In this document: piece by piece, positions 13,996-27,758 of the stretch | Layout of the letters: each line of letters opens with the position of its first letter | How positions within the stretch are numbered: the stretch's first letter is position 1 | NCBI GenBank assembly: GCA_002633005.1 | Contig: NMRA01000281.1 | Span: 79,123-143,122, forward strand | Reading direction: 5' to 3' | Origin: Phoronis australis | Taxonomy: Eukaryota; Animalia; Phoronida | Length of the DNA: 64,000 bases | The notes under the pieces: generated by a model | Database searches by the model: none | Told to the model about the DNA's origin: nothing | What the model saw: only the letters and a program-made list of their open reading frames with translations | Program-made: the position numbers and the translations under genes

Positions 13996-14329
13996 CACTT
14001 CCTCCACCCGGCGGCCAACGATAGAGAGACGAAAGCATATCGCGAATCTCCATACAATAACCCTCAGGTACATGTATCACCACTCAGGTTGTGTAACATA
14101 TATTTGTACACTTTTGGTCATCTACATGTGTTTATGAGTCCAAACCGGTAATCTTTATCCTAAGTCAATAAACAATGCAGTTATTGTTATTTGATGTACA
14201 ATGTATATGTAAGTTTAATGTAATCACAGAAAACCCGAACTTATTTATAACTCAAGAGGGTAGAATATTGACTGCAAGACAGGTCTTCACAATAGACAAA
14301 GACATGAATAAAGAAAACACGCCGAAAAG

Positions 14330-14895
14330 TGTCAGAATTTAGACTGACACTGATTCTGTTTGTGTTATTGATGGGCATAACCATGAGGTTAGCACAGCGA
14401 TGATGTAATTTGTTTGCTTCAGAATAGTGCGGAATACTGTAGAATAATCTAGCATGTGAGTGATTAATGTAATCTGGAATATTCTAGAGACTAGTATATG
14501 TTTGTAGAATGATTGGGTAGATTCCGGAAAGTTCTAGAATCTACTTGAACTGGTGAAAAGTTCTAGAACATAGACCAGAAATACCCAGGCACTGGCTTGT
14601 ATTAGTCAGTTGATAGTTGATGGAGTTAAAATTGAACATCAGTTAGTTACTGGAGAGTTACAGTTGAGTAGCTGAACGTGTCTCAGAAGTTCGTCACAAG
14701 TCAAGGCTTCGCAGCACTGGCTGGAGCGTAGAACAGACAGTACGTCGGACGTTTTGTTTGAGTAGGCTTGTGAACGTGCGGTCGAGATAATAAAGTTATT
14801 AACACGATCCAGTCTTCAGTCTATTTTCGCACCGAAAGCTATTAGCACCGGTTTGTACCAAACTGCGCCCACCCACACATGGGGGAAACGTGACA
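14330..14895 (+). mobile_element. Solo LTR (566 bp), LTR-retrotransposon type
   Basis: TGTCA...TGACA ends; flanks aaaag/aaaac (4/5 TSD); internal TTCTAGAA-type repeats; AATAAA near 14789. Confidence 0.7.
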
Positions 14896-15164
14896 AAAAC
14901 ATTAAATATTGTGGATTAAAGTATTTTTCAAGACTTATTTCTTGATTTCTCATACACAAGTGTTTCTGGCACGATAACCAGGCGTGCGTTCAGTAACCTT
15001 GGACTTACTCTAGGTCCTAGCTAAAATTTAGCCAAAGTCACGTGCTCTCACTTAAAATACACGGTAATATCTCGTGTAATCTCGCGAAGTTTTGCTTTTT
15101 AGCGAGGTCCTGGCTCTACTGAACGGGAGGCAGGGATCCGTCAGTTTCATGAAAAATGGCTTAA

Positions 15165-15641
15165 CGTTATGTAGGCCCCTATTGACAAGTATGTATATTT
15201 AGCCAAATGTCAACCAAACTTTAGACTTTCAACTCACTAGAAGTATCATTCTGTTTTTGCAAGTAGAAGACCTATACATTTTGATATTTAACACTATCCT
15301 AATACCCATTAACTAATTCACGTGACCATGTCTCTTCAGTAAAACTTAGCATAAAGGTACTGTCATACCATAACACGGTCAAATTTTGTACTAAAAACCG
15401 ATTTATTTTGTAGTTTTTTAAATCATCATTCCATTTTTGTTTTAGGCGTCTTGAGTTTTTTAGAAAAAAACATAAATGTCCTATTATTTGATAGTCGCTC
15501 ATGCAAAAGTGGAACATTTTCATGAAAAATCCAACATAAAACATAAGATCTGAAAGTTGCGTATGAATCTAATCAGCGATTTCTGATATGATGTTCCGAA
15601 GTTAGCCAAGCGAGGACATTTTTCTAGGGTCCTACATAACC
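15165..15641. mobile_element. Kolobok-like MITE; partial related copy at ~54660-54990
   Basis: TIR gttatgtaggccccta / tagggtcctacataac (15/16); TTAA on the left flank; internal motifs caaaagtggaacatttt and tcagc.atttctgata recur at 54690-54985. Confidence 0.55.
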
Positions 15642-15959
15642 TTTTAGATATAAGACAGAAATGTGGTCTTACGCTCCAACTCCACAATTTTTAAACAAAT
15701 TTTTGTCAAGAAATTATTAGCTCATAATCGCCTGCAAATGAATTGTACACATTTTTTTTAAATAACAGAATTGTCTGAATTCTCGGATACTTTATTCCTT
15801 TGCTAAAGATTGTGTTAGCTATTTTTCTTGGATAGTAACGTGGTCCGTAGGGCCAACTTTATGTTTTAAGTCACGTGCTATGGAACAGGCTCCTGTTCTT
15901 ATCGTCTCGTTTGCACATGACAGCTTTTTGTTTCTTTATGATTTAGCACAACTCAGTTA

Positions 15960-16930
15960 ATTCGTGGTTCAATTTTTTCCAAATGTGTATTGTAACAAAC
16001 TGACAATTACAATAAAAACGTACATAAACATTTACCAGCGTTATTGTTGTACTAAGTTCCACTGATTTTTCTAATAGTAAATTCTATGTTTCTATAATTA
16101 GTTTTTCAAAACTCTAGTGACATCGGTTGTTAACGGAATTTTGTTGTGCATTCTGATAAATGACATTTTTTGTTATTAAAACTCAAAGATTTTTAATGTT
16201 GTTACATTCGGTATTTCCAAACAAAACGTCATGGCTGCTTAAAAAATCGATTCTAAGGAAGCCATCACAAATTTTCCTCCACAACTCTCGTACGTATCTG
16301 CAATCCACAAATAAATGTAATGTAGTCAACACCTTCTCATTTGAAATGAGCTTATCTCAAATAAATGAGCTTCGAAAAAAGGACTTAAATTGAATACTTA
16401 ATAAGGTATTTCCCAGACAATGCCACACTTGCAAATTCATTAATCGGTCTATCCTACAGTGTATACATATATAGGGTATACCACTCTGTCTCTTTATGCT
16501 GAGAGAAAAATGTGCATAAGTCATTCTCTTGAACTTTAATTAACGTTAAAAACAAATTTGTTGTTATAATACGGCGTACAATTTTGTACTGGGAACACCT
16601 TAAATATGAGTCTGACATCAAAACGTACGGTAATCGATAAATTTTGAACCAATCAAAATCATCAACAGAAGCAAGGTTTAAGTCTCCAACCCACTTCTGC
16701 AGGGCACTGTCCACATACCTATTTGGGGCTTCCAAATTTCTGACAAATGTCTTCCTTAAGATTGAGCACTCTGAGCACTGACGATATGCAACACAGTGGA
16801 GTCGAACCTGTTGGGAAGTTTTGTTTTACGTATTCAAATTGGTAAAGGGTATCTAACCAAATTTGCGGAACTGACTTCACAACCCTGTAATGGTCCAAAA
16901 ACGTACCCTTTATATCATTTTTTCAAGTTT
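15960..16930 (-). mobile_element. Decayed L1/Tx1 ORF2 3' end (zf-RVT region)
   Basis: DWFKIYRLPY...SYLRCSQYKIVRRIITTNLFL...ENDLCTFFSQHKET matches the LxxFQYKxxHRILxTN..C.FC....ET signature. Confidence 0.8.
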
Positions 16931-17059
16931 AGTTTATAATGTTTCAATTGTTATCTAATATGCCTACATGGGCAGTGGTCTTTATTACCCATAAATGAGT
17001 TCACAAACGTTTACAAGCGAACAATGAAGTCCATCAAATTATTTTTTTTTTGACCAACG

Positions 17060-17290
17060 GTTAATAGACGTGAATTGGTGTGATGTACTTAATTGCCGTT
17101 TATTAACCATTGATAAACAGTTATTTAATAGGAATTGAATAAACGAGCACTTAGTCAATTCTGCTTAATTAAGTATTGATCAACAGTTATTAAATAGGAA
17201 TTGAATAAACGAAGATTTAGTCAATTCCTGTTTATTAACAACTGATGGATATTTAATGAAGGGAAATTGACTAAATTGCATCAATTTTTA
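17060..17290. repeat. Degenerate AT-rich tandem repeat (ttgat.aacagttatt.aataggaattgaataaacga)
   Basis: Two clear copies at ~17110 and ~17176, plus degenerate flanking copies. Confidence 0.65.
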
Positions 17291-18517
17291 CTGAAAACTA
17301 CTAAAACACGGAAGCCAGAGGCGACACAGTTGACATCGTATTTTCGCACGTTTAGATTCCGAAAGAAACGTTGCAATCGTGCTCAATAGCTAGTGAAAAC
17401 GGAATAATCGGGACCCACTAACTAGGCTCGTTACAACAGTAAACTTGTTTTAGGAAGTTAAACCACGGCATGAAAATGCAATTTTAACATTACTAAGGTT
17501 CGTTAAAATGCCATGTGCTACAGCACTACCTGCCACTGTTACGTCGTCAAACTGTGGAGAGGTGACGTCAGGACATGAAAAACAAATAAATTTACTGTCT
17601 TTAACAACCCTATAATTGCCGCAATGCTGTTATTTTCGGTTATCAGCCGAGCCTTTCATCCCTCAACATCAACGTTATGCCTCAACAAGTGCTGGGATTC
17701 GATTTCTACCTCGTGGCGGCAGGTGTGACGCACCTGTACTACAGGTAGCTATATGTATTATAACTTTACGAAACATACGCCCAACAATGAATTTCTTAAA
17801 TGACACTTACCCGGTACTTTTCCAGAGCGGTTTGAAGGTTCTCTGACGGCCTAACTGCTGAATGGCGCTATGGAGGAGTCAGGCTTGTCCTCAGTTAGCG
17901 CATAGACTATACAGTGTAGTATTTATGGTTAGCGCGACTGGGGTACTAGACTAATTCGACTGTTCTACCTGTATCTTGTTAATGCATTATGGTGGCAAGC
18001 CATTTGAAGGCATAACGTTAAGTACATGCATATTTTAATTGTCCGCACCTGCGTTAAATTCATTAGCAAAACTGGCAAAACACAAGAGCGTGATTGTTAA
18101 TCTTTGCAACTCAAGAGATAATTAACGTGATGGACGTCAGCTGTCAATTGATGCAAATTGTACAAAGTGGACATTGGCGGTGTGAGAACTTCTTTGCAGG
18201 TAGAGACAGGCGAGAAAATGCGCCCGATAGGCTACAGTTTATGCATCTGATACAGTATATGTATTCCAAGAGGGGGTCGTTTGGTTCCAATCCTAGGCAT
18301 GGATTAGATGAACCTGCTTCTGATAGGCTGTTGCTATTTTTGAGGATTTTTTCATAACAAACTCTAGTTGTTTGATTTCTTGGTCTCTGGGCGCTTTCAG
18401 TTTCCTGTTCTCAGGACCAGACTTTTTTCGACATATTTTTCGATCATCGGGCCTAAAATTGCATTACGTGTTGCGAGATACGATAAAACATATCGAAATG
18501 TTTTATTTCCAACCTAG

Positions 18518-20607
18518 ATGGCACTGTTTTGCTCTGTTGGATACCATTTGAGAATTTAAGTATAACCTCCAATATTTTTTAAAATTTAACCTATGTTTTG
18601 TGTTCTGGCCTGAATATCTATTTGTGAAACTGTATGTGTTCCACCCGGCTCATCGCCACCCGTTTCATGCCAGCTGGTCGCCAACAATTCGACCATATGA
18701 TTATCTTCCCTCGTTCAGTAGGTGCTACGAGTTATCACATCTATAATCTCTCAAATATTTTTCATTGGATGGTTCCTGTCCAAATTTTTTCTTGATTTGC
18801 ACGAATTTTTCATAATTCTTGCTCGAATCCGGTGAGCAAGTTCTCACGTGATCTACGATATACATGTATATAAATCCTGATTGGGTAGCTCATATTCTGC
18901 TCAGCTTGTGATTTATCGACTTCGTTCCTCATGGTTCAAGGTCCAGTCTCGGATCCACGTTGTTTTAGTTGTCTTGCAACGGATTAGACGTTGCGAAACA
19001 TGAGACAATTCTCTGTGTGTTTCCCACGCGTTAATGCGTCGCAAGACAACAATAAAAAAGCGCCACGTCATGTAAGGGGAACGCTTTACACAACCAATAC
19101 AATGTACAGTTTGAAATAGTAAATTATGTGACTTGGCGCCCCCAAACTGATGGCACCCTTCTAACACATTTCCAGGGGGCCCGCCACTCAAAGTGACACA
19201 AGTTCTTATCTTTAGGAGATACAGTGTACAGTTCCGGCAAAATGAGTGAGAAGATACTCGTCGTTGGATTACCAAAGAATGGTGACCTAGGTACATGTAC
19301 AGTGTATACGCAACTTCAAGAACTAGAGAGGTATAACACACGTCGCAGTTGAGCTAATTATTTAGCAGAATTATCCTGAACTGAATCTCACACGCCAACG
19401 TCATGAACAAGGTGGTTTCATCAGAGAGGATGCTGACTCTATTTTCACATTGAGGCAGATTGTTAACCAGAATCAGGAGTAGGACCCTGTACAGTACATG
19501 TATGTCAACTGACTTCTAATGATATTGAGTAAGCGCCTTTGGCAGTTTACACAGAGACGCTANATGGCACTGTTTTGCTGTGTTGGATACCATTTGAGAA
19601 TTTAAGTATAACCTCCAATATTTTTTAAAATTTAACCTATTGTTTTGTGTTCTGGCCTGAATATCTATTTGTGAAACTGTATGTGTTCCACCCGGCTCAT
19701 CGCGACCCGTTTCATCGCAGCTGGTCGCCAACAATTCGACCATATGATTATCTTCCCTCGTTCAGTAGGTGCTACGAGTTATCACATCTATAATCTCTCA
19801 AATATTTTTCATTGGATGGTTCCTGTCCAATTTTTTTCTTGATTTGCACGAATTTTTCATAATTCTTGCTCGAATCCGGTGAGCAAGTTCTCACGTGATC
19901 TACGATATACATGTATATAAATCCTGATTGGGTAGCTCATATTCTGCTCAGCTTGTGATTTATCGACTTCGTTCCTCATAGTTCAAGGTCCAGTCTCGGA
20001 TCCACGTTGTTTTAGTTGTCTTGCAACGGATTAGACGTTGCGAAACATGAGACAATTCTCTGTGTGTTTCCCACGCGTTAATGCGTCGCAAGACAACCAT
20101 AAAAAAGCGCCACGTCATGTAAGGGGAACGCTTTACACAACCAATACAATGTACAGTTTGAAATAGTATTATGTGACTTGGCGCCCCCAAACTGATGGCA
20201 CCCTTCTAACACATTTCCAGGGGGCCCGCCACTCAAAGTGACACAAGTTCTTATCTTTAGGAGATACAGTGTACAGTTCCGGCAAAATGAGTGAGAAGAT
20301 ACTCGTCGTTGGATTACCAAAGAATGGTGACCTAGGTACATGTACAGTGTATACGCAACTTCAAGAACTAGAGAGGTATAACACACGTCGCAGTTGAGCT
20401 AATTATTTAGCAGAATTATCCTGAACTGAATCTCACACGCCAACGTCATGAACAAGGTGGTTTCATCAGAGAGGATGCTGACTCTATTTTCACATTGAGG
20501 CAGATTGTTAACCAGAATCAGGAGTAGGACCCTGTACAGTACATGTATGTCAACTGACTTCTAATGATATTGAGTAAGCGCCTTTGGCAGTTTACACAGA
20601 GACGCTA
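18518..20607. repeat. ~1045-bp direct duplication (18518-19562 / 19564-20607) around an N
   Basis: About 99% identical copies abutting the single N at 19563. Confidence 0.9.
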
Positions 20608-21575
20608 TGTGGAAAATACTCTGACACTATCTTACCAAAATGGTTAACGTCGATCATCCAACTACCCTAGCGGGACTTCCAGTCTAAAATTGTTTGCAGA
20701 AATAAAATTCTGTCGGACAGTTTCCCACTCAACACGGATGTGAAACAAAGACGCCTGCTCTCATGTTTTGTTTGTTGTGGTAATAGACTGTTTGATGAAA
20801 AATGTAAGAAAACAACCCATCAAATGAACACTAGACTGGTGGTTAAATGGCTTCGATTGCGCTGCCGAAATTTGTTTCTTGCCAGGCACCTCAGATGGTA
20901 TCCGGAGCAAGACCAATGATCTCACCAATTTCTCCGCAAAGCTCAGACTTACATGTTGTAGTGTAGGCCTAAATGCAATAGGACGATACAGGTGTACACT
21001 GGAAACAATGTGTTATAGTGAGTTAGTACATGTATATTCCTGGAGCAAAGTTGATTCAACTGGATACTGTGAGATTGACGTCAAAATCCACATTGCCAAA
21101 GCAAAAAAGGCTTTCGGCATGCTAATGACACGGGAATTAAGAAACATCAGTGCAAGACGAAGATCACAATCTACAAAAGCAATTTCCTAAGTGTGCCGTT
21201 GTACATTATGGACCTGCATGAATTGTGGAAAGAGGCAGCGAGAATGTGCCAAAGACTGTTGCGTTAGGAGTAGGCCTATTTAGGTCAGATAACATACCCA
21301 ACGAAGATTTACTCGTCAGAACTGGGCTATCGCCCGTGCGTAGTATAAAGAGAAGACGAACAGTGAACTGAAGTGTGCAGCAGAAGGGTACGTGTGTAAG
21401 CAGAGGGGGGTCAAGGAAGACGCGGAGAAGATCTATTGAGCTGCGTGAAGTCATGCGTCATCGGCTGCCTCACCTGGAGTTCTGCATACCACCAAGAACA
21501 GGACCAATGATAGTGGCGTTCTCTTGTGGGGACTCGGTGCCACCTAGACACCACAAAAGAACTAAGTAATTACAT
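20430..21575 (+). mobile_element. Decayed, 5'-truncated RTE-clade non-LTR retrotransposon (start also duplicated at ~19390-19562)
   Basis: Remnants EQGGF, IFTLRQIV, LYVN, AFGSLHRDAMWKIL, NTDVKQRRLLS, EIDVKIHIAKAKKAFGML; ends in a taagtaa-like tail. Confidence 0.75.
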
Positions 21576-22545
21576 GTAATTATGTGTAAAGCACAGTATA
21601 TTTCATTTACAGTTGCATTGTTTTTTATTGATCTTAATTAAAAATACTAAATTTTAAGAAGTCAAATCACTGGGGCACGTGGCTCATTCTCCCCTAAAGT
21701 TTGCAATCCAAAAGGGTTCAGGGACGAAAAAGTTATCGAATTTCCTGAAATGCAATCCAATCTTGTCCCGACTTGTCTGCTTCAAGAGAAAGACAAGCAT
21801 CTTTCAACACGTGGCAACCACTTCAATACCATTTTCAAATTTCGTTAAGAAAATACTGTCGTTTCCAAAATCAGTCATAGATACGCTGTCATTACTAGAC
21901 TTTTCATATAAGACATTCTGCTCTTTTTCATAAACATTGTTACAGTTATGTTATTAAATCATCATACCATTGCGAAAACAAATCCCTTGTTCGTATATGT
22001 TACAGTATAAGAAAAGGTCGTGACATGTGTGAAGTATGAAAAAAGGTGCTACTTAGATACGTTATAACACTAAGGAAACTAGAAGGCAATGTGGTAATTG
22101 AAGTGTTATTGGGATTGGAGTAAGTTGATATGATTGTCTTACTTTCTTTTTTATAATTGTGACAAGCCTAGTCAATATCGCAGTTGGATTTCACATATGC
22201 AATCTCGCCGATACGTTGTAAATGGGTTTTCGAAAATATGTTTTGTCGTTAACACAGCTGGAGGTCTCTCCATACAATGAATCAATGAACACAAATGTGT
22301 AATAATCAGTGATAGCTCCTCAGCAAATTTGCGTTTCTAGGAAATCCTGCTGTAAATAACAGTTTCACATGTCGGAAGCCCGTAACGTCCTCTAAATGAC
22401 GTTCCCGTAAATGAATTAAGCGAAGAAAGCAACGTGTTTTAACTATTTTAAACACGTTTTTCTCGTTCAAACGAAATTGCAAAATCTCACAGTGTATTAA
22501 GACTTAGTAAGACTTGAAAGTATTGTGCAAAAAAATTGTTTTTAA

Positions 22546-24536
22546 GGTAGGTGTATACACTGGTCAAATCTCCAGGTTCCTATTTAAAATAAGTATAAAG
22601 GGGGTGTTAACTAGTTAGAAATGACTCTGAAAGTGACAAAACTCGAAAAAAAGTTTGTATTGTAGTTCGTTTTTATAAAAAATCGTATTTTTTAATTTTT
22701 CAAAAAATCCAATTTTATTTCGATTTTTTTTCAAAATGCACAGGGATTATCATCAACTGTTTCCTTACGCAATATTCTACTTATCCATACCAAATATATG
22801 TACAAAATCATTATGATCTTGATTTTGTGGCTTTCTGTGCGTTTGAGTTGGGGCAAGCACGCCACTTTATGTCATTTGGTCAATTTCTGTCTAATAACTA
22901 AAAATCTGGTCCATGTATCAAAAAACACTGGCACGCGATTTTGCTTCAGTCCTAGAGGATTTCAAATTTGCAAATTTCATAAAAATTGACCCACGTGTTG
23001 CGGAAAAATAGGCCCGAGAATCTTGTGACTAACGTGAAATCACGAGCCTCGAAAAACGGCTTTGGAGTTAAGCGGGCTTCGATTGCTACTTGAGGTCAAA
23101 ATTAGATTAGAATGTGCGATCATTCTGTTCGAATTTTTGTTGGTTTACTAGAAATAAAGCGGATATTTACTCCATGTTTAGAAAATGTGACATACCTGTT
23201 TGTTTATAGCGTAATTTTAATCATTTTTGCGAACTTGTGGAGCACGACAGACAACCAAAACAAATATGGCTGTCACGTGGGCGGAGCCAGCGTTGATCTA
23301 TTGTGTGCTGCACTGGTGTGCCGACCAAACATCAATTAAACCATGTGTTGATTGTTTATGCAACTCATCTGAACTCTCCACTCAGAGTGGTAAAAGACTC
23401 TAACTGTATTACGTAGACCTATTTGTTAGTATTCCAATATTATATATAGTTACCATCTCTTCATCAACCAATATATGTGTTATATCATCAAATCGCCACG
23501 TTACTGTCTACATAACAATATTGGCGACGAGGATAAAGAACTACTTTCATCGTAATGGTTCAACACTTTCACGTGCCTGTAACGCCAACATTTTGACCGA
23601 ATGGACTTTGGGATGCGAAAATAGCACTTTCAGCACAAATAGCGTCGCTTGGGTGAGATTCTCAAGTTACCAAAGTTGCTTATATTGCTTTCCACTAAAA
23701 TCGCATATATCATGAGTTGTAATTCGGGGTACGTTTGAATCTATGCACGAGAACAATTTTGTTATGTTGAACACTAGGTCATTTCTCTAATTAGTTGGGT
23801 TACGGCCGGCGGCAAGTTAAAAAATCCCCTGATGTGGCAGTCTAGTTTCTCAGTGGCGCGTTCCTATCACAGAGGCACGGTTTATCTCCAAAAACTCTAC
23901 TCTGACGGCATGTAGTTGTCTCGCGCGCGGCGTGTCTTCACAGCGCGTGCATGCACTCTCATCGAATCGTGCAACACTACCCACGTCGACGCTCAGCGTC
24001 CTCTCGCAAGCCACCTCACTTTTCCGACTTCTCTTGCACACGCATAATTTCTGCACTGACTCCTCAAGCTGAGTGCAGTGATGGCTTCGGTCGGTAGAAT
24101 TTGGCGTACTCCACTTATTTTTTTTGCAGATGTACAAACAGGCTCAGGTTCTGAACAGGAGCTAGTTCACCATTTCACCACCAACTTTCACATGGTCAAA
24201 AACAGAATTATTTTATTTTTGGCCTTGCTGCAACATCAATATCATCTGGCGGGTACAGCACTCTCGATTGCCTGGTTATGCAATGTTTGTTGACAGGGTT
24301 AGATTGGAGCTAGTGTCCTGGTATAAGCTCCGCCCCACTTGTCAGTCACTGAGCTGGTGAGCGCTCAAGCCATATGACTTACTGAAGCTTGGTCAAATAT
24401 AATTAAAAAAAAACAGCTTTGGATTTTCAGAATGGTTTTATTTTTCTTCAGTATACTGTGCATGTAGAATTGAAGATTAGAATGATATAAAAATGTAAAA
24501 ACCAGTCAAAATTAATTTTTTGTGTATCCACCTACC
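22546..24536 (+). mobile_element. Non-autonomous Kolobok-type DNA transposon, copy 1 (1991 bp)
   Basis: TTAA TSD at 22542 and 24537; TIR ggtaggtg(t/g)atacac; GG...CC termini (not the piggyBac CC...GG); no long ORF. Confidence 0.85.
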
Positions 24537-25713
24537 TTAACACGCTTTACTTCGTATTTGGCTATAATATGTGAAGCATCGGTTATATCCGAAATTAAGT
24601 GCTTTAAAAGACACGTAGCAACAGTATATGTTAGGGACGCGTAATTTACAAGTACAAAAGGTTGACGTTGATGTGTATTCAATTCACTATTTCCGACGGC
24701 TAATGAAAAGTGCAGGAAATGGACTTGACTACACCCCCAGAAACAACAAGATTTGCGCAGACATACAATGATTACGACAGTATCGCAGATTCTACCAAGA
24801 TAAACGGAATCGCTTTCCATAAGGTATTTCCGGTAAATAGGCGCTTGCGCCTACATGTATACATTTAAGTGAAACTCAGCACATGCCCCATCGCATTATT
24901 GAAAATATAGGCTAGCGGAGGTAAATATGCCTCACGTACACCACTATTTACCCGGGGATTTTGAGTCCTCCTCTTCAGTCCAAATTTCCACCCATGAGAA
25001 GAAAATCGAATATAAGCAAATGGTCCCATTTTTGAAGTCATGATTATAATTTCTAATGGTTTCTGGTCAAACCGAGTAGAGTCGACGAGTTCCAAAAACA
25101 GTAAATAACTTGTGTACGTTTGTGATCATTCATTGTTTAGGATCATGCTGTACATGCAACTGCACGACTTATTTCGTAGGCTAATGCATTTTCCAATTAT
25201 AGCCCCCACGGTTTTCGAAAGGTAACGTCGTTTCACAGGGGCTCGCTATAAAATTCCCGATATCAGTTCCCCTCAGCGCTTGTTGCCAACAAGTTAGCAA
25301 TCTTGTTTTATTCAACTGCTGCCAGAAATCGCCACGCGTAGTTGAATTGCGCGCGCATTTATATTTTTTAGTAAAAATACCAGAAACACGTTTATAGAAT
25401 CGACTTGAAGAGTAACTTTAGTTTTTCCACAGTTAAGGAGGAGGAAAATGTAAAATTCATCTCAAGTCGAATATCAAAGCCGGTTTTAGCCCATAACAGA
25501 TACTAACAAGAGCAACGCCGAGCGTTGAAATGCGCCCACGAATGCACCGCAAACGATGTGCTTCTAGGGGTGTTTATTTGCATCATAAAAATATAAAAAT
25601 GGCCACTAGATGGTACAAAATACATCGATTCTATCAAAAAACGGTGAAATGTCACCGGTTCTTTACCAGAAGGCTATTTACCACTTTTCCTAAAAATTCG
25701 TCGAGGAACTTAA

Positions 25714-27653
25714 AGGACGGAGAATGCCACCCGATTTAATTAGTCTTTTTTACCGTCTTAACCGCTCTATTCCACATCACCTCGTATACGATCGATCTTA
25801 CCTCACCGAGAGGTGTCGCGTTAACCTGTGAGGAAGGCGAGGAACGACGTACCGACGTCACTGGTTCTTCTGGTAGAGTGAGTGCCGCTATATTGCGGTG
25901 TATCGTTCCCGCTTGTGCAAACTATGAAGCTGGGAGGAAAGCGGGTATATCGTTTTTTTCGATTTCCTCGAGAGCCCATATTGCTTAGTAAGTGGCTCGC
26001 GGTAGTGAAGAATGAAAATTATGTCGTTAATATACCAAGTATGAGGCCGTGAAACTTCTCCATGTCTGTCAGTGGCTTGCATTTCGTCGAATCGTTGTTC
26101 AGGGAAAATTGTAGTTGGCAATGAAAACATTAACAATTACAATTAATTCAAGGAGTGGGAACATAACGTTTTATATAGCCTACTTGATGGCTGACTCGTT
26201 CGTGAGCCTTCTGTTTGGTCCTCTGGCAGTAGTATGTTTTCGCTAGTTCTTATAGTTCTCAGCCCTAAAAAACGTCGTAAGCACACCTCTGTTAGATGCG
26301 GTGCAAAATCAGGATGGTCCGTGAAACACATTTGTGCTTCTCTAAGAAGGCGTTTCACTTGCGGAATTTTGTCGTTTCCGTTATCGTGCAATTAGCGCGC
26401 TGACCATGACAAGTCATTCATACGGTTTTCGAAACTATTCATATGTTTTGTTGTCTGTGCACGTTCACGGAGCCTCTCTATTATTTCTTGATCAGTGTAT
26501 TCCGGTTCGAACTGATAGCCTGTGAAACCTAACGATCGACATGTGAAGTCTTCGTCGGATGAGCACTCGTCTATTTCGGGATTACGAGTTGCCACGTTGA
26601 CGTTTATTATTGTGCATTCCTTTTTCAAAATGAATTATTCTCACCCTAACCAATGCTTATATAAAATTGAAACAATGTCTGTCTCATTAGATACAATTTG
26701 CAATGCCTTGGAGTGTTCGTGAGTGCAAATGTTTTAAGAAGCCAGCAATGATTAAATCACTGCGTTACCGGCTTTAGAACGGATGCAAAAACTAATTGAT
26801 CGTGCACCGAGGCTGTGCGAGCGCATGCCAATTCAGCTTTTGCAACAGGAAGCTGTTGTGAAGCAATAACTCGATGTTATATCCTATGGTCAGATGTTAG
26901 GTGAATCTTTATTTCGATATTAATATTACATTATTCAAATCATTGTTACTGTACATGTACATGTACAACTTTGCCCTGACGATTCTGTCGAAGGGTAATG
27001 TGACTTCGCGGCCCCGGACGAGCTAGTAAGTAGATTTGCAGTTTCGGGCCTATTTCACCAAAATAATCATGTGAGGGGAAGTTCAGTTTTTAATTTTTTC
27101 TGTTCCTGATGCCTTCAGTCCAGCCGCGGATGTACCTGATCGGGTTCCCAGCCACTGATCGGGATAGCAATCGTTTTGTGTGTTTAATCACAAGTCTATT
27201 ATTACAACACACATCTACATGTATGTTCTCCTGTCTGTATTTCACGGACGAATGGTATGAATTTATTGCCGAACAGAACCCAAACTCCCAAACTCGACCT
27301 TGGTATATTGGCCGCTTAAACTTTGTATGCTTCGATACTTTCAAATACCGGTACTTAAAAATCCTTAACAGCGAAATAAAATAACACGTTTATTCAGTAA
27401 CTCGATGTATTTGTAAGAGTTTTACATCGAATTTTGATGAATTATTGGTGTACGATGAATTCAAGCGATAAGCTGACACCAGTAAGCGTGTTTTGAACTG
27501 CTGCCGGAACAGACTGCATTCGAACCTCTGACGTTTTGGCCAATTTCAACATCTCCGTCTGCCGTCAGGTAAAAGAGATGTACTTGCTGTTATCCAGTGG
27601 AACTACTCGATCTAAATTGATACAACCTAGGTTGTTTTGGGTGTCATTTTCCT
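25714..27653 (-). mobile_element. Decayed Kolobok derivative carrying a KolX (P2X7 ballast-like) gene remnant
   Basis: TTAA/ctaa flanks; degenerate TIRs agga(cgg)agaatgccaccc vs gggtgtcattttcct; the host repeat resumes across the insertion. Confidence 0.6.
25870..26628 (-). pseudogene. KolX / P2X purinoceptor 7 C-terminal (ballast)-like pseudogene
   Basis: GYQFEPEYT...ENRMNDLSW, CFTDHPDF....VCL and PPSFIV..P.YSG lie in shifted frames and resemble the PYxFEP..R.....WC, CITxHPxF and LPSCVV motifs of this family. Confidence 0.6.
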
Positions 27654-27758
27654 CTAAGAAAAACAGAGGAAAACGGTAAAAACGGAATTGCCAGTAAGGG
27701 GCACAGCGTTCGCCGGATCCGTCTGAAAGTTGTCGTCTTCCGTTGTCAACTTCATATA

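Noticed and set aside
18913-20386. Duplicated 142/102/76-aa ORFs
   Set aside because: No recognisable domain; the frame differs between the two near-identical copies; they lie in an N-join duplication.
22798-22989. Signal-peptide-like ORF MYKIIMILILW, also at 48581-48766
   Set aside because: Both lie inside the two copies of the non-autonomous Kolobok element; the similarity reflects the repeat, not a gene family.
22542-24540. piggyBac assignment for the TTAA-flanked elements
   Set aside because: The termini are GG...CC (purine start), which fits Kolobok rather than the CC...GG ends of piggyBac.
27500-27545. B-box-like GGTTCGAA on the minus strand (others at 35105 and 58424)
   Set aside because: No matching A box or cloverleaf, so no tRNA or SINE is called.
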